A DNA stretch of 64,000 nt from an uncultured Acidobacteriota bacterium (GCA_963777605.1 CAVZRV010000007.1:224001-288000), one strand, 5' to 3'. Positions 46,987 through 60,301 are shown, counted from the stretch's first letter. Translations and numbers: made by a program. The notes: generated by a model from the sequence alone, not told the origin.

Positions 46987-47903
46987 TCAGCGAGACGCTT
47001 GCGCGCTCGATGACGGGAGCGTCGAATCCGCTGCGGGCCCCGGAGTTTCGCCGGGCGCCTCCGCCGTCTCGCCGCGAATCTTGTGAATTTCAGAATCGAT
47101 TTCCCCTCCCAGCAGCAGGAAGAACGAGCTAATGTAGAACCAGGCCAGCAGTGCGATCAGCGCGCTCAGGGACCCCCACAGGATCTGCAGGTCCGCAAAC
47201 CGGTTTACCCAGAATCGAAAAAGTGCGGAACCGACCACCCAGCCGGTGGTGGCCAGAAATCCGCCGGGAGATAGCAACGTCCAGGGAAACCGATGAGCAG
47301 GAAGAAAGTGGTAAACGATCTGGACACCAAAATTCAGGAACAGCAGGATCAAGAGCCAGCGAGAGGATGTGTAGAGCGTGTTCCACAACATATTCTTGAC
47401 CAGCGTGTCGATGGCCCAATCGCCAAAGAAGAGCAGAACCCCGGCGACGATCAGGAAAATCGAAAACACAACGGTGACCAGGATGGCCACGAGTCGGGTT
47501 TCGAAGTAAGACCTCGTCTCCCGTACCTGGTACGCCTTGTTGAGCAGGCTGATCATGCCGTTGAAAGCCGATGAGGCAAACCAGAGGGCGGCCACGAGAC
47601 CGAAGGTCAAGGCTCCCTGGGCGCGGGAGTAAATCACCCTCTCGATCACCCTGGTCACAAGTTGGACCGACGCCTCGGGAAGGAAGTTGGAAAAATCCAC
47701 AAGCATGAGGCCGATCAGGTCGGGAAGGTAGGGGATAAACCCGATCAGTGCGCTCAAGAAGATCAGAAACGGGACGAACGCAAGCAGAAAGTAGTAACTG
47801 AGTTGCGCCGCCATTCCCCAGCAGTCGTCATCGTTCACCTCACGCCAGATTCGAACCCAGAATCGGCCCTCTGACAAATAACGAAATGCGGGGAAATCGA
47901 TTG

Positions 47904-47907
<4 letters not shown>
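46987..47907 (-). CDS. YihY/virulence factor BrkB family membrane protein
   Basis: AAQLSYY.LLA..P, LN.AY, PG, WGSL, W.Y.S..LLGGE. Confidence 0.9.
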
Positions 47908-50259
<2,352 letters not shown>

Positions 50260-50826
50260 ATGAAGCTGGAAGAACGTCTCCGACCTGCACCGAAGGCACG
50301 GTTTTTCTTTGCCATCACCCACGCCGGCGACGCTGTTCACCAGGGTGTTCACGTGCGCCTCAGCGAGGAATTCGGCCCCCTCGGAAAGCCGAGCCCCATT
50401 TTCAAATTCAGCCATTTCAGTCCCTACTATGACGAGGAACTGGGAGGGGAAGCCTGGAAGTACTTCGTGGCAGCCCCCGGATTAATGAGCGCCGACGAAC
50501 TGGTTCGAGTCAAGCAGGCCACGGAACGCCTTCAGCTGGAGTTCGCCGTAAACCGGGGCGGAGAACGCGTTCGCACGGTCAACATCGATCCGGGGTACGT
50601 CAACGGCTGGCAGGTCGTCCTGGCCACAGTGAAGAACCACAGCCACCGGATCTACTTGAGAGACGGCGTCTTCTGTGAAGTGACCCTGCGCTACAAAGGT
50701 GGCCGATGGGAACCGCTTCCCTGGACCTATCCGGATTACACGACCGAACTTGCCCTCCGGTTTTTCGACGAAGAACGACGTGAGTTCAACACGCTTCCCG
50801 GGTCAATGATCCGAACCAACCGGTGA
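50260..50826 (+). CDS. DUF4416 family protein
   Basis: YY.EELG, R.VNIDPGY, KN.SHRIYL, PWTYPDY. Confidence 0.9.
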   Translation: MKLEERLRPAPKARFFFAITHAGDAVHQGVHVRLSEEFGPLGKPSPIFKFSHFSPYYDEELGGEAWKYFVAAPGLMSADELVRVKQATERLQLEFAVNRGGERVRTVNIDPGYVNGWQVVLATVKNHSHRIYLRDGVFCEVTLRYKGGRWEPLPWTYPDYTTELALRFFDEERREFNTLPGSMIRTNR

Positions 50827-50940
50827 TTTTGTCGTATTAGAAAGAACAGGCACTGACCAGAATTGCCAGGACATGTAACGGGTCTTCGTGGAAATTCGTC
50901 GATCACGTAACTCTGAACGGCGACTCAAGAGGAACAACCG

Positions 50941-53016
50941 ATGCGATTACGTTCGAAGCTCATCCTCGCATTTTTCCTTCTGGCGGTCGTCCCGCTGGCC
51001 GGGCTGACCACCTACTCCTATTACTCCTCACTGGAGGCGTACCGAAGCGCCGTCCGTGAGCAGACCCGGCAACTGGCCGACCAGATGGGATTCCGAATCG
51101 AAACCGTACGTCACGACGTCGGCCGGCGGATTCGAAACCTGGGGCCCCAAGAATTCTACTCCCTGGTCGCTGCAGACCCCAAGCAGCTCGACCCTGAAAC
51201 GTATTCCAGGATCTTTTCGCAACTCGAGGACGTGGCCGTGATGCTGGAGGACATCCAGCTCGATCCGAAGATGCCGGATGCAGCACCCCTGTCCCCCGGC
51301 GCCACCGGGATCACGCCGGTGCCTCCGGAACCCCCACAGCCTCCCCCTTCCGTTCTGATCCGCATGCCTGAAGGACCTGTAACCACGGACGCGATGCCCG
51401 CCGACGGCGAAGAGGTCATGCACTCGATCGACCTTCCGGGAAAGGGAAAGGTCATCGTTCGACGTCCTCCCCCATTCAAGGGATCTCAACCGCCGGACCG
51501 GGGCGAACACAATTGGCAACGGCGCCAGGAAATTGAGATGCATTGGCCGGAAGCAAAGCTGAAGGAACTCGAATCCAAGGCCCGGAGCTGGGAGTTAGAG
51601 GCACTGAACCTGAGCAAGGCGCCTTCGGAGGCCGCGACAAACGCGGTCAGCGTCTCGAACGAGGATTCGACAACTTCATCCCCGGACAAGCGAGTCGCCT
51701 GCCTTGACCTGACGTCGCAGATCAGCATGAAAGGGTCCTATAAGACGACAGTCGTTGCGCGAATCAACGCAAAGCGCCTGCTCGGTTCGGTCCTCGGACG
51801 GACCGAGCGCATGCGGGGAGAAATTCCGTTCGCGGTGGATCCGGAAGGACGGCTCTACACCGCCCAACGGCAGGATCGCACGGCCCTCAAACAACTTGTC
51901 GCCACCTGGTCCGACCTGGCCAAGGCACAGGGCATCCCTTCTGATTGGATTGTCTCATCGCGGAACGATCCTGAAACCGGGATGGTGTTTGGGATTGCAA
52001 AGCCGATCGGCGAAGGGTTGACAGAGATCCGCCAGGCGGCCGCACGGAACCTTGGATACGGCCTGGCGCTGGTAGGCATCGCCCTGATCGGAATCTTGCC
52101 GCTGTCCCGGAGGATGACCAGGAACCTGACCGTACTGACCGAAGGCGTCGAACGCCTGGGCGAAGGAGACCACTCTGTCCGCGTCCCCGTTCGATCTCGT
52201 GATGAACTGGGGCGCCTGAGTGCCGCCTTCAACCGCATGGCTGGTCACCTGCGCGAGAACCAGGAACGCAAGATCGAGCAGGAGCGGATGCGGAACGAGC
52301 TCGAAATGTGTCGCCAGATCCAGCGTGAAATGCTTCCCCGCAACCCGCTCTGCCTCCCGTTTGCCGAGGTACAGGGAGTGTCGATTCCCGCTCGTGAAGT
52401 CGGCGGGGACTTCTTCAACTACTTTTCGCTTGCCGACGGCAAGGTCGCACTGCTGATCGGTGACGTCTCTGGAAAGGGAGTCCCGGCCGCGCTTCTCATG
52501 GCCAACATCCAGGCGACCCTGCGAGCCCGGCTCACGTCTGGCGGCGATCTGGTCGGACTGGTTGCACAGCTGGACCGCGAGATTGCCGAAAGCACTCCGG
52601 CGGCGACCTACCTGACTCTCTTCGTCGCTGTCCTCGACGAATCGGGCTCGACCTTGCGTTGGGTCAACGCCGGCCACAACACTCAGTACGTGGTCCGCAA
52701 GGAGGGTGCCATCGAGCCGATGGCATCCTCCGGCCGACCGGTCGGCCTGCTGCCCGGCAGCACTTGCTGTGAAGGGGTTTTGACGCTCCACAGCGGTGAT
52801 GCGATCTTCCTCTACACCGACGGTCTGGTCGAAGCTGAAAACGAACTGGATGAGGAATTCGGATACGATCGCCTCGAAAGTCTCCTCAAAACGGCCCATC
52901 GGCCGGAGGCTTCCGAGTTTCTGGCCAGAATCGAAGAGGAAGTCCGGCTTCACAGGGGGAATTGCGAGACACAGGACGACGCCACCATGCTGATGCTGAA
53001 TACCCCGATCGTGTAG
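50941..53016 (+). CDS. Membrane HAMP + SpoIIE/PP2C (RsbU-like) phosphatase
   Basis: Two TMs, DELG.L...FN.M HAMP, VGGDF, GDVSGKG, NAGH, YTDGL, DDAT. Confidence 0.93.
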   Translation: MRLRSKLILAFFLLAVVPLAGLTTYSYYSSLEAYRSAVREQTRQLADQMGFRIETVRHDVGRRIRNLGPQEFYSLVAADPKQLDPETYSRIFSQLEDVAVMLEDIQLDPKMPDAAPLSPGATGITPVPPEPPQPPPSVLIRMPEGPVTTDAMPADGEEVMHSIDLPGKGKVIVRRPPPFKGSQPPDRGEHNWQRRQEIEMHWPEAKLKELESKARSWELEALNLSKAPSEAATNAVSVSNEDSTTSSPDKRVACLDLTSQISMKGSYKTTVVARINAKRLLGSVLGRTERMRGEIPFAVDPEGRLYTAQRQDRTALKQLVATWSDLAKAQGIPSDWIVSSRNDPETGMVFGIAKPIGEGLTEIRQAAARNLGYGLALVGIALIGILPLSRRMTRNLTVLTEGVERLGEGDHSVRVPVRSRDELGRLSAAFNRMAGHLRENQERKIEQERMRNELEMCRQIQREMLPRNPLCLPFAEVQGVSIPAREVGGDFFNYFSLADGKVALLIGDVSGKGVPAALLMANIQATLRARLTSGGDLVGLVAQLDREIAESTPAATYLTLFVAVLDESGSTLRWVNAGHNTQYVVRKEGAIEPMASSGRPVGLLPGSTCCEGVLTLHSGDAIFLYTDGLVEAENELDEEFGYDRLESLLKTAHRPEASEFLARIEEEVRLHRGNCETQDDATMLMLNTPIV

Positions 53017-53119
53017 GGGGCGCATCTCCGGGCGGATAGATCGTTTCGGCGACCTCCGGGATCTTGATTCGTCTTCCGGCCGGGAACTGGGGTAAAATGC
53101 CTGCATTGCGTCAGTAGGC

Positions 53120-55450
53120 ATGACAATTCTCAGGGCATTGTTAGTTACCGGATTAATCCTCCTGCCGTCGGCTTGCAGTCAATCTCCTGAAAGTCCTTCC
53201 CCCGGGAACGAGAACGAGTTTGTTGGCTCCTCGGACTGTCGCTCCTGCCACGAGCGTTTCTACAAGAAGTGGGAAAATTCCCATCATGGCCAGGCGATGC
53301 AACTATTTACGCCCGGACTCACTGGGCGAGTCGTCCCGGAAGAACCGATCCAACTCGGCGAAAAGCGCTATGGCGTCGCCTATGAGGCCGACCAGGGCTG
53401 GATCATCGAAAAGACCGGAGAATCCGAAAAGCGGTTCCGCATGCTTTATGCCCTGGGGGGCAAGAACGTCTACTTCTTCCTGACCGAGCTTGACCGCGGA
53501 ATGCTGCAGGTACTCCCGATTTCTTTTGACGTGCGGGCAGGGAGTTGGTACGGGACCACGGGGAGCATGGTGCGCGGGTTCCACGAGCAGTTCGATGAGG
53601 CGGTCGACTGGACCGACCGCCTGCTTACTTTCAACACCTCCTGCTACGGGTGCCACGTCAGCCAGGTGACGACGAACTACGATTCCGTGACCGACAGCTA
53701 CCGGACGGTTTGGGAAGAACCCGGGGTCAACTGCGAGACTTGCCACGGCCCCGGCGGCGAGCACGTCCGGGTCTGCAAGGAAGCCGGAGACGGCAAGAAA
53801 CCTGATGACCTCAAAATCATCATCACTGCCAGCTTCGACAATCATCAGACTAACTCCATGTGTGGCCCCTGCCATGCCAAGATGTATCCGATTTCCTCGG
53901 ACTTCATGCCCGGCGACCTCTACTTCGATCACTTCGGCCTGAACGCCCTCGAGGATAGGGACTTCTACCCAGACGGGCGGGACCTGGGTGAGAACTACAC
54001 CTACACGCAATGGCTGATGAATTCATGCGCCCGGAAAGGGACGCTGGACTGTGTCGACTGCCATACCTCATCGGGACGCAATCGACACGCTGACGCCCCC
54101 GACAACGCGTGCATGCCGTGCCACGACCAGTATGTGACTGATCCCGAGCCGCACACTCACCACGCCGCGGACAGCGAGGGCTCTCGCTGCGTGTCCTGCC
54201 ACATGCCTCAGACCACGTTCGCGCGGATGGTTCGTCACGATCATTCGTTCCTGGCACCAACCCCGGCGGCGACCATGGAGTTCGGGTCCCCCAATGCCTG
54301 CAATATCTGTCACGAGAACCAGAAGGCCGACTGGTCGGATCGTTGGGTACGAAAGTGGTACACCCGTGATTATCAAGAACCGGTCCTGGAGCGAGCCCGG
54401 CTGATCGAGGCCGCCCGCAAAGGAGACTGGAGTGGCCTCGACCAGATGCTGGCCTATCTTTCCAGGTCGGACCGGGATCCCGTGTTTACCGCGTCCCTGG
54501 TCCGGCTGTTGGAGGACTGTCCGGACGAGCACAAGTGGCCCACGCTTCGCCAGGCCATGTCGGATCCCTCTCCGCTGGTTCGCTCCGCAGCGGCCGCAGC
54601 CATGGGCCTCGAGCCGGTGGGAGAGAACCGCCAACTCCTACTGGCGGCACTGGCCGACGAAACGAGACTCGTCCAAATCACGTCCGCGGCCGGCCTGAGC
54701 CAGATCCCAATCGACCAGTTCTCCGGCCCCGATCGCGCCAAGGTTCAGGCCGCCTTCGCTGCCTACCAGAAATCGCTGGAGAGCCGGCCCGATGACTGGG
54801 CGTCATGCTACAGCCTGGGGAATTTCTATGCCTCACAGGGCAATCTGCAGAAAGCAGTCAGCCTTTACGAGAAGTCGGGCTATCTCCGTCCCGATGCCGT
54901 GCCGCCGCTGGTCAACATGTCCATGGCCCAGGCCCGCCTCGGCCGCATGGACGATGCCGAGTCGTCCCTTCGAAAAGCGCTCAGCCTCAATCCGCAGAAT
55001 GCCGGAGTCAACTTCAACCTGGGACTGCTCTTGGCTGAGCGGGAACAAATCGAAGAAGCTGAGGCCTGCCTGCGCCAGGCGCTTAAGAGCGACCCTCAGT
55101 TTGCGGAGGCCGCTTTCAACCTGGGAGTCCTCCTGGGCGGCCAGGAGGCCCCCGAATCAATTTCGTGGTGCCGTAAGGCCTTTCAGCTGAGGCCCCAGAA
55201 TGATCGCTACGGGTATACTCTCGCCTACCAGCTGGCGCGGGCCGGGAAGACTAGTGAGGCGGTCAAAATCCTCAATTCGGTGATCGCCCTGGAACCGGCA
55301 GACTCCTCTCCTTACCTGCTTCTGGCCGACGTCCTCCAGTCCCGGGGAGAAGGACAACTCGTCGCGGACGTGTTCGAAAAAGCGGCCGGAAACAGCCGAC
55401 TGAACGCCCAACAGCGATCCTGGTTTCGAAGCCGGGCGGAGGGAAACTGA
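53120..55450 (+). CDS. Octaheme c-type cytochrome lipoprotein with HEAT and TPR repeats
   Basis: LPSAC lipobox; 8 CxxCH (CRSCH, CYGCH, CETCH, CGPCH, CVDCH, CMPCH, CVSCH, CNICH); DPSPLVR HEAT; NLG TPRs. Confidence 0.9.
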   Translation: MTILRALLVTGLILLPSACSQSPESPSPGNENEFVGSSDCRSCHERFYKKWENSHHGQAMQLFTPGLTGRVVPEEPIQLGEKRYGVAYEADQGWIIEKTGESEKRFRMLYALGGKNVYFFLTELDRGMLQVLPISFDVRAGSWYGTTGSMVRGFHEQFDEAVDWTDRLLTFNTSCYGCHVSQVTTNYDSVTDSYRTVWEEPGVNCETCHGPGGEHVRVCKEAGDGKKPDDLKIIITASFDNHQTNSMCGPCHAKMYPISSDFMPGDLYFDHFGLNALEDRDFYPDGRDLGENYTYTQWLMNSCARKGTLDCVDCHTSSGRNRHADAPDNACMPCHDQYVTDPEPHTHHAADSEGSRCVSCHMPQTTFARMVRHDHSFLAPTPAATMEFGSPNACNICHENQKADWSDRWVRKWYTRDYQEPVLERARLIEAARKGDWSGLDQMLAYLSRSDRDPVFTASLVRLLEDCPDEHKWPTLRQAMSDPSPLVRSAAAAAMGLEPVGENRQLLLAALADETRLVQITSAAGLSQIPIDQFSGPDRAKVQAAFAAYQKSLESRPDDWASCYSLGNFYASQGNLQKAVSLYEKSGYLRPDAVPPLVNMSMAQARLGRMDDAESSLRKALSLNPQNAGVNFNLGLLLAEREQIEEAEACLRQALKSDPQFAEAAFNLGVLLGGQEAPESISWCRKAFQLRPQNDRYGYTLAYQLARAGKTSEAVKILNSVIALEPADSSPYLLLADVLQSRGEGQLVADVFEKAAGNSRLNAQQRSWFRSRAEGN

Positions 55451-56333
55451 TCAGGCGGCGACATCCCCTTCTGGAAGATATCGGTAGACCACCAGGTCAC
55501 CGGTCCTGGCGTCAACCTGGCGGGCCGTGACGTCACACTTGGCCCGGAAGATGAACCAGGCCGCCCTACCGCCCCCGGAAAGGGTTTCGAAATTTCCCTG
55601 ACCCTTGGCGATCACCAGGTCCGCCTCGTCGAAGACCCGACGAAACTCCTCTCCGCAGTCTTCCAACACGACTCCGGGAATACCCGACCCGGTGTCAATG
55701 ACTTCCACAAGGGAAGTTACACCAACGGCTTCCGCATCTTCGATCGTAGCGTCATTGAGGACGGGGCGGCCCCGCACGGCCAGTATTGTCCGGTCCCTGG
55801 GCATCAATTCGAGGAGGAGCTTGTCAAACACGATCTCTCCGGCGTTGTCTGCGATAAAAAGTATCTTCGAAGCGGCGGCAATCTCCTGCTCGAGCCGGCT
55901 GATATCGCCCACCAGAGTTGAGGTCGAACGCCTTGTTCATCTCCCGCTCAACCTCCTCCGGAGTCAGAAAATGGTTCACGGCGAGATCGATCGTGTTGCC
56001 GGTAGCCGAAAACCTCACCGCCGTCTCGAACGGATGCCCGGATTCCTGGACTTTTCGGCGGGCATCAGGGAAGGCCTGCAGCGCCAGTCGGTTGAACACT
56101 TCCTTGGCCTGGAGGTAGGGGTCCTCGATCTCTTCATCCGGCAGCAGCGGTTGAGCCAGGGAATGCAGCTTCCCGGCTATGGCCGGTGCCGAGTCGTTCC
56201 AGTCCATTTCACTGATCACGGCAAGGAACCTTCGGGCGAGGCGCTCCTGCTCTTGTGGGACGGGAGTGGCGACCCGCGCTAATTCGACAGCCTGACGGGT
56301 CAGGCAGGGCAGACAATCGAGTGACGCTTTCAT
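55451..56333 (-). pseudogene. ARMT1/DUF89 damage-control phosphatase split by a frameshift near 55915 (real or assembly error)
   Basis: N-half MKASLDCLPC..DPY..K..N..GNTID in one frame; C-half DNAGEIVFD, LNDAT, KGQGNFE, KC in another. Confidence 0.85.
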
Positions 56334-56417
56334 ATCTGGCAAGTGTACCTCAGCGGCCGGACGCGGGAGCCGCGAAAGACTTCGCCTCGGGCGACTGGAA
56401 GATGGGATAATCGGGCC

Positions 56418-57002
56418 ATGCGCATGGCACGAACGATCGTTGGCGTCCTCCTGGTTGCCTCCGCTCTGGGAGCCGGAGAAATGTCGGAGTCCGAGCGGGC
56501 CGGAGTCATTTCAGTCGGGCAGGAAGCCTCCCAGGTTCTGATGAGTTCACTCAAGTCCGCACTGATGAAGGCAATGCAGGACGGGGGAGCAGCTCACGCC
56601 GTCAGCTTCTGCAGTGAGCAGGCTCTGACCCTGACCGGTGAAGCCCAGGCCCGGCTGGACGGACTCGGCATCAAGAGAACGAGTCACCGCTTCAGGAACT
56701 CCGCCAATGCCCCGGATCATCGGGAAAGCCAGGCCCTCGACCGCTTCGAAAACACCGATGCTTCTCAACGTCCCGCCCAACTCATTGAGAAGTTCAGTCG
56801 AAGCGGAGACGTCGTCTACCGTTACTACCAGCCGATCTACGCCGGAGCGTTTTGCCTGACCTGCCACGGTGAGACGGTCTCCCCGGCAGTTCAGAAAGTC
56901 CTCGACGAGCGCTACCCGGACGATCGGGCCGAGGGATACCGGGACGGCGATTTTCGGGGCCTGATCCGGGTGGAGATCCCTTCCGGCCGACTGCCGAAGT
57001 GA
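56418..57002 (+). CDS. DUF3365 (Tll0287-like) secreted monoheme c protein
   Basis: Signal peptide; RTS..RN..NAP, RYYQPI, CLTCHG, YPDD.A.GY..GD.RG. Confidence 0.88.
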   Translation: MRMARTIVGVLLVASALGAGEMSESERAGVISVGQEASQVLMSSLKSALMKAMQDGGAAHAVSFCSEQALTLTGEAQARLDGLGIKRTSHRFRNSANAPDHRESQALDRFENTDASQRPAQLIEKFSRSGDVVYRYYQPIYAGAFCLTCHGETVSPAVQKVLDERYPDDRAEGYRDGDFRGLIRVEIPSGRLPK

Positions 57003-57027
57003 GAGACTCCTCGCTGGTTCGCGTTTT

Positions 57028-58386
57028 CTAACGCCTCAGTTGACCCGGGGGTTGATCCACGATCTCTTCAGACTGGCGGTCCCAGTAGAGTTTCTTGCCT
57101 TCCCGATATGCCTGCGTCGCCATGGCCGCCCCGATCGAATGCCAGAAACCGGTGTGAATGTTTCCGGCCGGCAACAGATTGCGTGCCCGGATGCAGTCGA
57201 TCCAGTTGTCGAGGTGGGGCTTGCTGTCGTCACTCTGAGCAGTCGGCGGAAGCTCTTTGTTTCCGTCCAGGGTGACCAGCTCGGCGGCTCCCTTTTTCAC
57301 CGCTTCCTCAAATCCGCCGTAGAAGTGACGCCCATCATCCGGCACCTCGGGAATGAGGAACCAACGAGGGCTACCCTCACCGCCCTGGGCATAAAGCGTC
57401 GCCTCTTTGCCCCGGATGCAAGTGTGGTCCCCGAACCGGTTGGCGTAGCTGGAGGAGAATGAGTGCATGAACTGGGCGTCATCGAAGGTTGCCAGGCACT
57501 GAAACGTGTCCGGATTCTGCCGCAGGTCGTGCCAGCCAAAGATCCCGCCGGACGCCACCATGCTGTCCGGAATTGCAGTATCGGTCAGGAAATGGACGAT
57601 TCCGATCCCGTGGCTCAACCACTGGCTGGTGATCCCACCTGAGAAATCCCGAAAGATTCGGAACTCAAAGTACATCCAGGGATTAAACGGACGGTAGGGC
57701 TTGTCGAGGAGCCAGCGTTTCCAATCGGTGTCCGCTTCGCGGATCGAGGCAACATCCGGATCGTCCGCGTCATGCCAGCGGTGATTGTTGTCGTTCCAAA
57801 CCTGCTCGATCTTGGTGATCTCGCCGAGCCTGCCGGAACGGATGATCTCCCGCACCTTGATGTGGTAAGGATCACTCAGCCACTGCGAGCCGTTCTGGAC
57901 CACCTGTTTCGAATTCAGTACGGCACGCCGGGCCAATTTCGCTTCCTCGACATCGAGGGCCATCGGCTTCTCGCAGTAGCAGTCTTTGCCCGCTTCTACG
58001 ACCTGGGCGAGGAGCCGCCCGTGCTGGAAGTCCCCGGTCGCGATCATGACCGCATCCAGATCGGGCATGGAGAGCATCTCTTCGGAATATTTGAACTGCT
58101 TGACGTCAATACCGAACTTCTTCTTGCAGTCCGCAGCCGCCTTTTCCCGGTTGCCAGACCAGAGGTCGCATACCGCAACGACTCCCAGGTTCTTGTCCCG
58201 GTGCGACATCTCCACCATGCGGCGATGTCCCCTGCTCCGTCCCCCGCAACCGAGGAATGCGATGTTGACCCGGTCATTGGCGCCGAGAATTCTCCCGTAC
58301 GACGTCGCCGAGAAACTCGCCTTGGAGACAGCCGCCGCTGTTGCTGCTGTTGTAACAAACCCACGCCTGCTGATTCTCTTGCTCAT
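57028..58386 (-). CDS. Gfo/Idh/MocA oxidoreductase with Tat signal
   Basis: SRRGF Tat motif, ILGANDR, GCGGR, YCEKP. Confidence 0.92.
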   Translation of the reverse strand: MSKRISRRGFVTTAATAAAVSKASFSATSYGRILGANDRVNIAFLGCGGRSRGHRRMVEMSHRDKNLGVVAVCDLWSGNREKAAADCKKKFGIDVKQFKYSEEMLSMPDLDAVMIATGDFQHGRLLAQVVEAGKDCYCEKPMALDVEEAKLARRAVLNSKQVVQNGSQWLSDPYHIKVREIIRSGRLGEITKIEQVWNDNNHRWHDADDPDVASIREADTDWKRWLLDKPYRPFNPWMYFEFRIFRDFSGGITSQWLSHGIGIVHFLTDTAIPDSMVASGGIFGWHDLRQNPDTFQCLATFDDAQFMHSFSSSYANRFGDHTCIRGKEATLYAQGGEGSPRWFLIPEVPDDGRHFYGGFEEAVKKGAAELVTLDGNKELPPTAQSDDSKPHLDNWIDCIRARNLLPAGNIHTGFWHSIGAAMATQAYREGKKLYWDRQSEEIVDQPPGQLRR

Positions 58387-58468
58387 AGTCTTATCCTTGC
58401 CGTCCGGACGGTGACCAACCCTTGTCGAGTCAGATTGAAGAGTAACAGCGAGAGGCGAATTCTGCCAA

Positions 58469-60301
58469 CTAGATGATCAGTTCATCGACGCCTTCGTCAT
58501 CGAAGTTGAGCCGTCGGTCAAGGTCATAGGCGGCACTGATCAGGGACAGATGGGTGAACGCCTGCGGGAAGTTTCCAAGGTGCTCCGCCTGGTAACCGAG
58601 TTCCTCGGAGTACAATCCGAGATGGTTCGCGTACCCCAGCATTTTCTCGAACACGAAGCGCCCACGATCGAGGTCGCCGGCCCGGGACAGGCATTCGGCA
58701 AACCAGAACGTGCACATGTTGAACGTGCCCTCCTCGCCGACCAGCCCGTCAAAGGAACCGTCCCCAGCACGATAGCGATAGACCAGCGAATCATAGACGA
58801 GGTTTTCGTCGATCGCCTTCAGCGTGGACAACCAGCGCGGATCTCTCGGGCTGATGAACCGGACAAGCGGCATCAACAGCGCTGATGCATCGAGTGTGTG
58901 CCCATCCGCGGACTGAACGAAGGCCTGGCTTTTCTCGTCCCAGAAATGTCGGAAGATGTCCCGGTAAATCCCGTCCCGGCATTCGAGCCAGGCGGCGACC
59001 GGAGCCGGCCGGGAACGCTTGATGGCGAGCCGGGTTCCCCGGTCCAGGGCCACCCAGCACATCATCCGGGAATAGAGAAAGTCGTAGCGTCCTCCGCGAA
59101 CTTCCCATATTCCCTCGTCGGGCTGGCGCCAGTTCTTGCATACCCAACCGAGCAGATCAACGATGTTGTTCCACAGGTCGTGAGACACTGGCTTTCCGTA
59201 CTTGTCATAGAGGTAGACCGAGTCCATCAGCTCACCGTATATATCCAGCTGGAGCTGGTTGTAGGCCCCATTTCCGGTGCGTACGGGTCCCGACCCCCGG
59301 TATCCCTCCCAGTTGTTCAGGACCTCCTCGGGAAGCTCATGTCTCCCATCGATCCCGTACATGACCTGAAGTGACCCATCCGGCTCGAGCTCATCGCAGC
59401 GCGCTTCGATCCAATCCATGAACTTCCCGGCTTCTTCGGTGTATCCAAGGCGAATCAACGCGTATATCGTGAAGGATGCATCGCGGATCCAGGTCAAACG
59501 ATAGTCCCAGTTGCGCTCTCCGCCTATCACCTCGGGAAGTCCGAAAGTCGGGGCGGCAACGATCGCACCCGTCGGCTGAAAGATCAACAGCTTGAGGATC
59601 AGGGCGGATCGATTAACCATTTCGCGCCAGCGCCCTTTGTAACGGGACTTTCCAGTCCACCGCCGCCAGTAGTTCAGCGTCTCGACAAATGAGCGCGTGA
59701 CGTACTCCGGTCGCCCCGATGGAGAGGCCTCCCCAGCGTTGACTTCCTCGAGAACGAAATCGACCTCTTCACCGACCCTGAGCCCGAATTCTCCCTTGAC
59801 TATCCCGCTCTCCACCTCGAACGGTTTCGTGCAGCGAAAGCGGATCGCCCCTTCCTTTTGTCCACTGGGGAGAAAGAGAACCGAACCGTCGTCAACTCTT
59901 TCGACCCGATGCTCCTGCCTTCCGTAGTCGAATCGAGGGGCGCACCTGAAACGAAAAGAGATCTCCCCCTTGATACTTTTGACTTGTCGGACCAGGTCGT
60001 GAGCATGCTTCTTTTGCCCGATCGGCATAAAATCGGTGATCTCTGCGACACCATCCTCAAACAGAAACCGAGTCAGGAGGATGTTGGAGTCGGGAAGGTA
60101 CATCTGCCGATGCTTGCACTCCTGATTCACCGGGTGGAGTTCGAATCTGCCTCCATTCTGGTCGTCCAGCAGAGCCCCGAAAATGGTCGGGGAATCGAAG
60201 AACGGGAAGCACATGAAATCGATAGAGCCGTTCATCCCGATCAACGCGACGGTGTGCTGATCCCCTACGACTCCGTAATTTTCAATCGGCTGATAGGGCA
60301 T
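58469..60301 (-). CDS. Glycoside hydrolase family 15 (trehalase/glucoamylase-like)
   Basis: GAIVAAPT..LPE, RNWDYR..W.RD, QLDIYGE, GIWE.R, GNFPQAF.H. Confidence 0.94.
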   Translation of the reverse strand: MPYQPIENYGVVGDQHTVALIGMNGSIDFMCFPFFDSPTIFGALLDDQNGGRFELHPVNQECKHRQMYLPDSNILLTRFLFEDGVAEITDFMPIGQKKHAHDLVRQVKSIKGEISFRFRCAPRFDYGRQEHRVERVDDGSVLFLPSGQKEGAIRFRCTKPFEVESGIVKGEFGLRVGEEVDFVLEEVNAGEASPSGRPEYVTRSFVETLNYWRRWTGKSRYKGRWREMVNRSALILKLLIFQPTGAIVAAPTFGLPEVIGGERNWDYRLTWIRDASFTIYALIRLGYTEEAGKFMDWIEARCDELEPDGSLQVMYGIDGRHELPEEVLNNWEGYRGSGPVRTGNGAYNQLQLDIYGELMDSVYLYDKYGKPVSHDLWNNIVDLLGWVCKNWRQPDEGIWEVRGGRYDFLYSRMMCWVALDRGTRLAIKRSRPAPVAAWLECRDGIYRDIFRHFWDEKSQAFVQSADGHTLDASALLMPLVRFISPRDPRWLSTLKAIDENLVYDSLVYRYRAGDGSFDGLVGEEGTFNMCTFWFAECLSRAGDLDRGRFVFEKMLGYANHLGLYSEELGYQAEHLGNFPQAFTHLSLISAAYDLDRRLNFDDEGVDELII

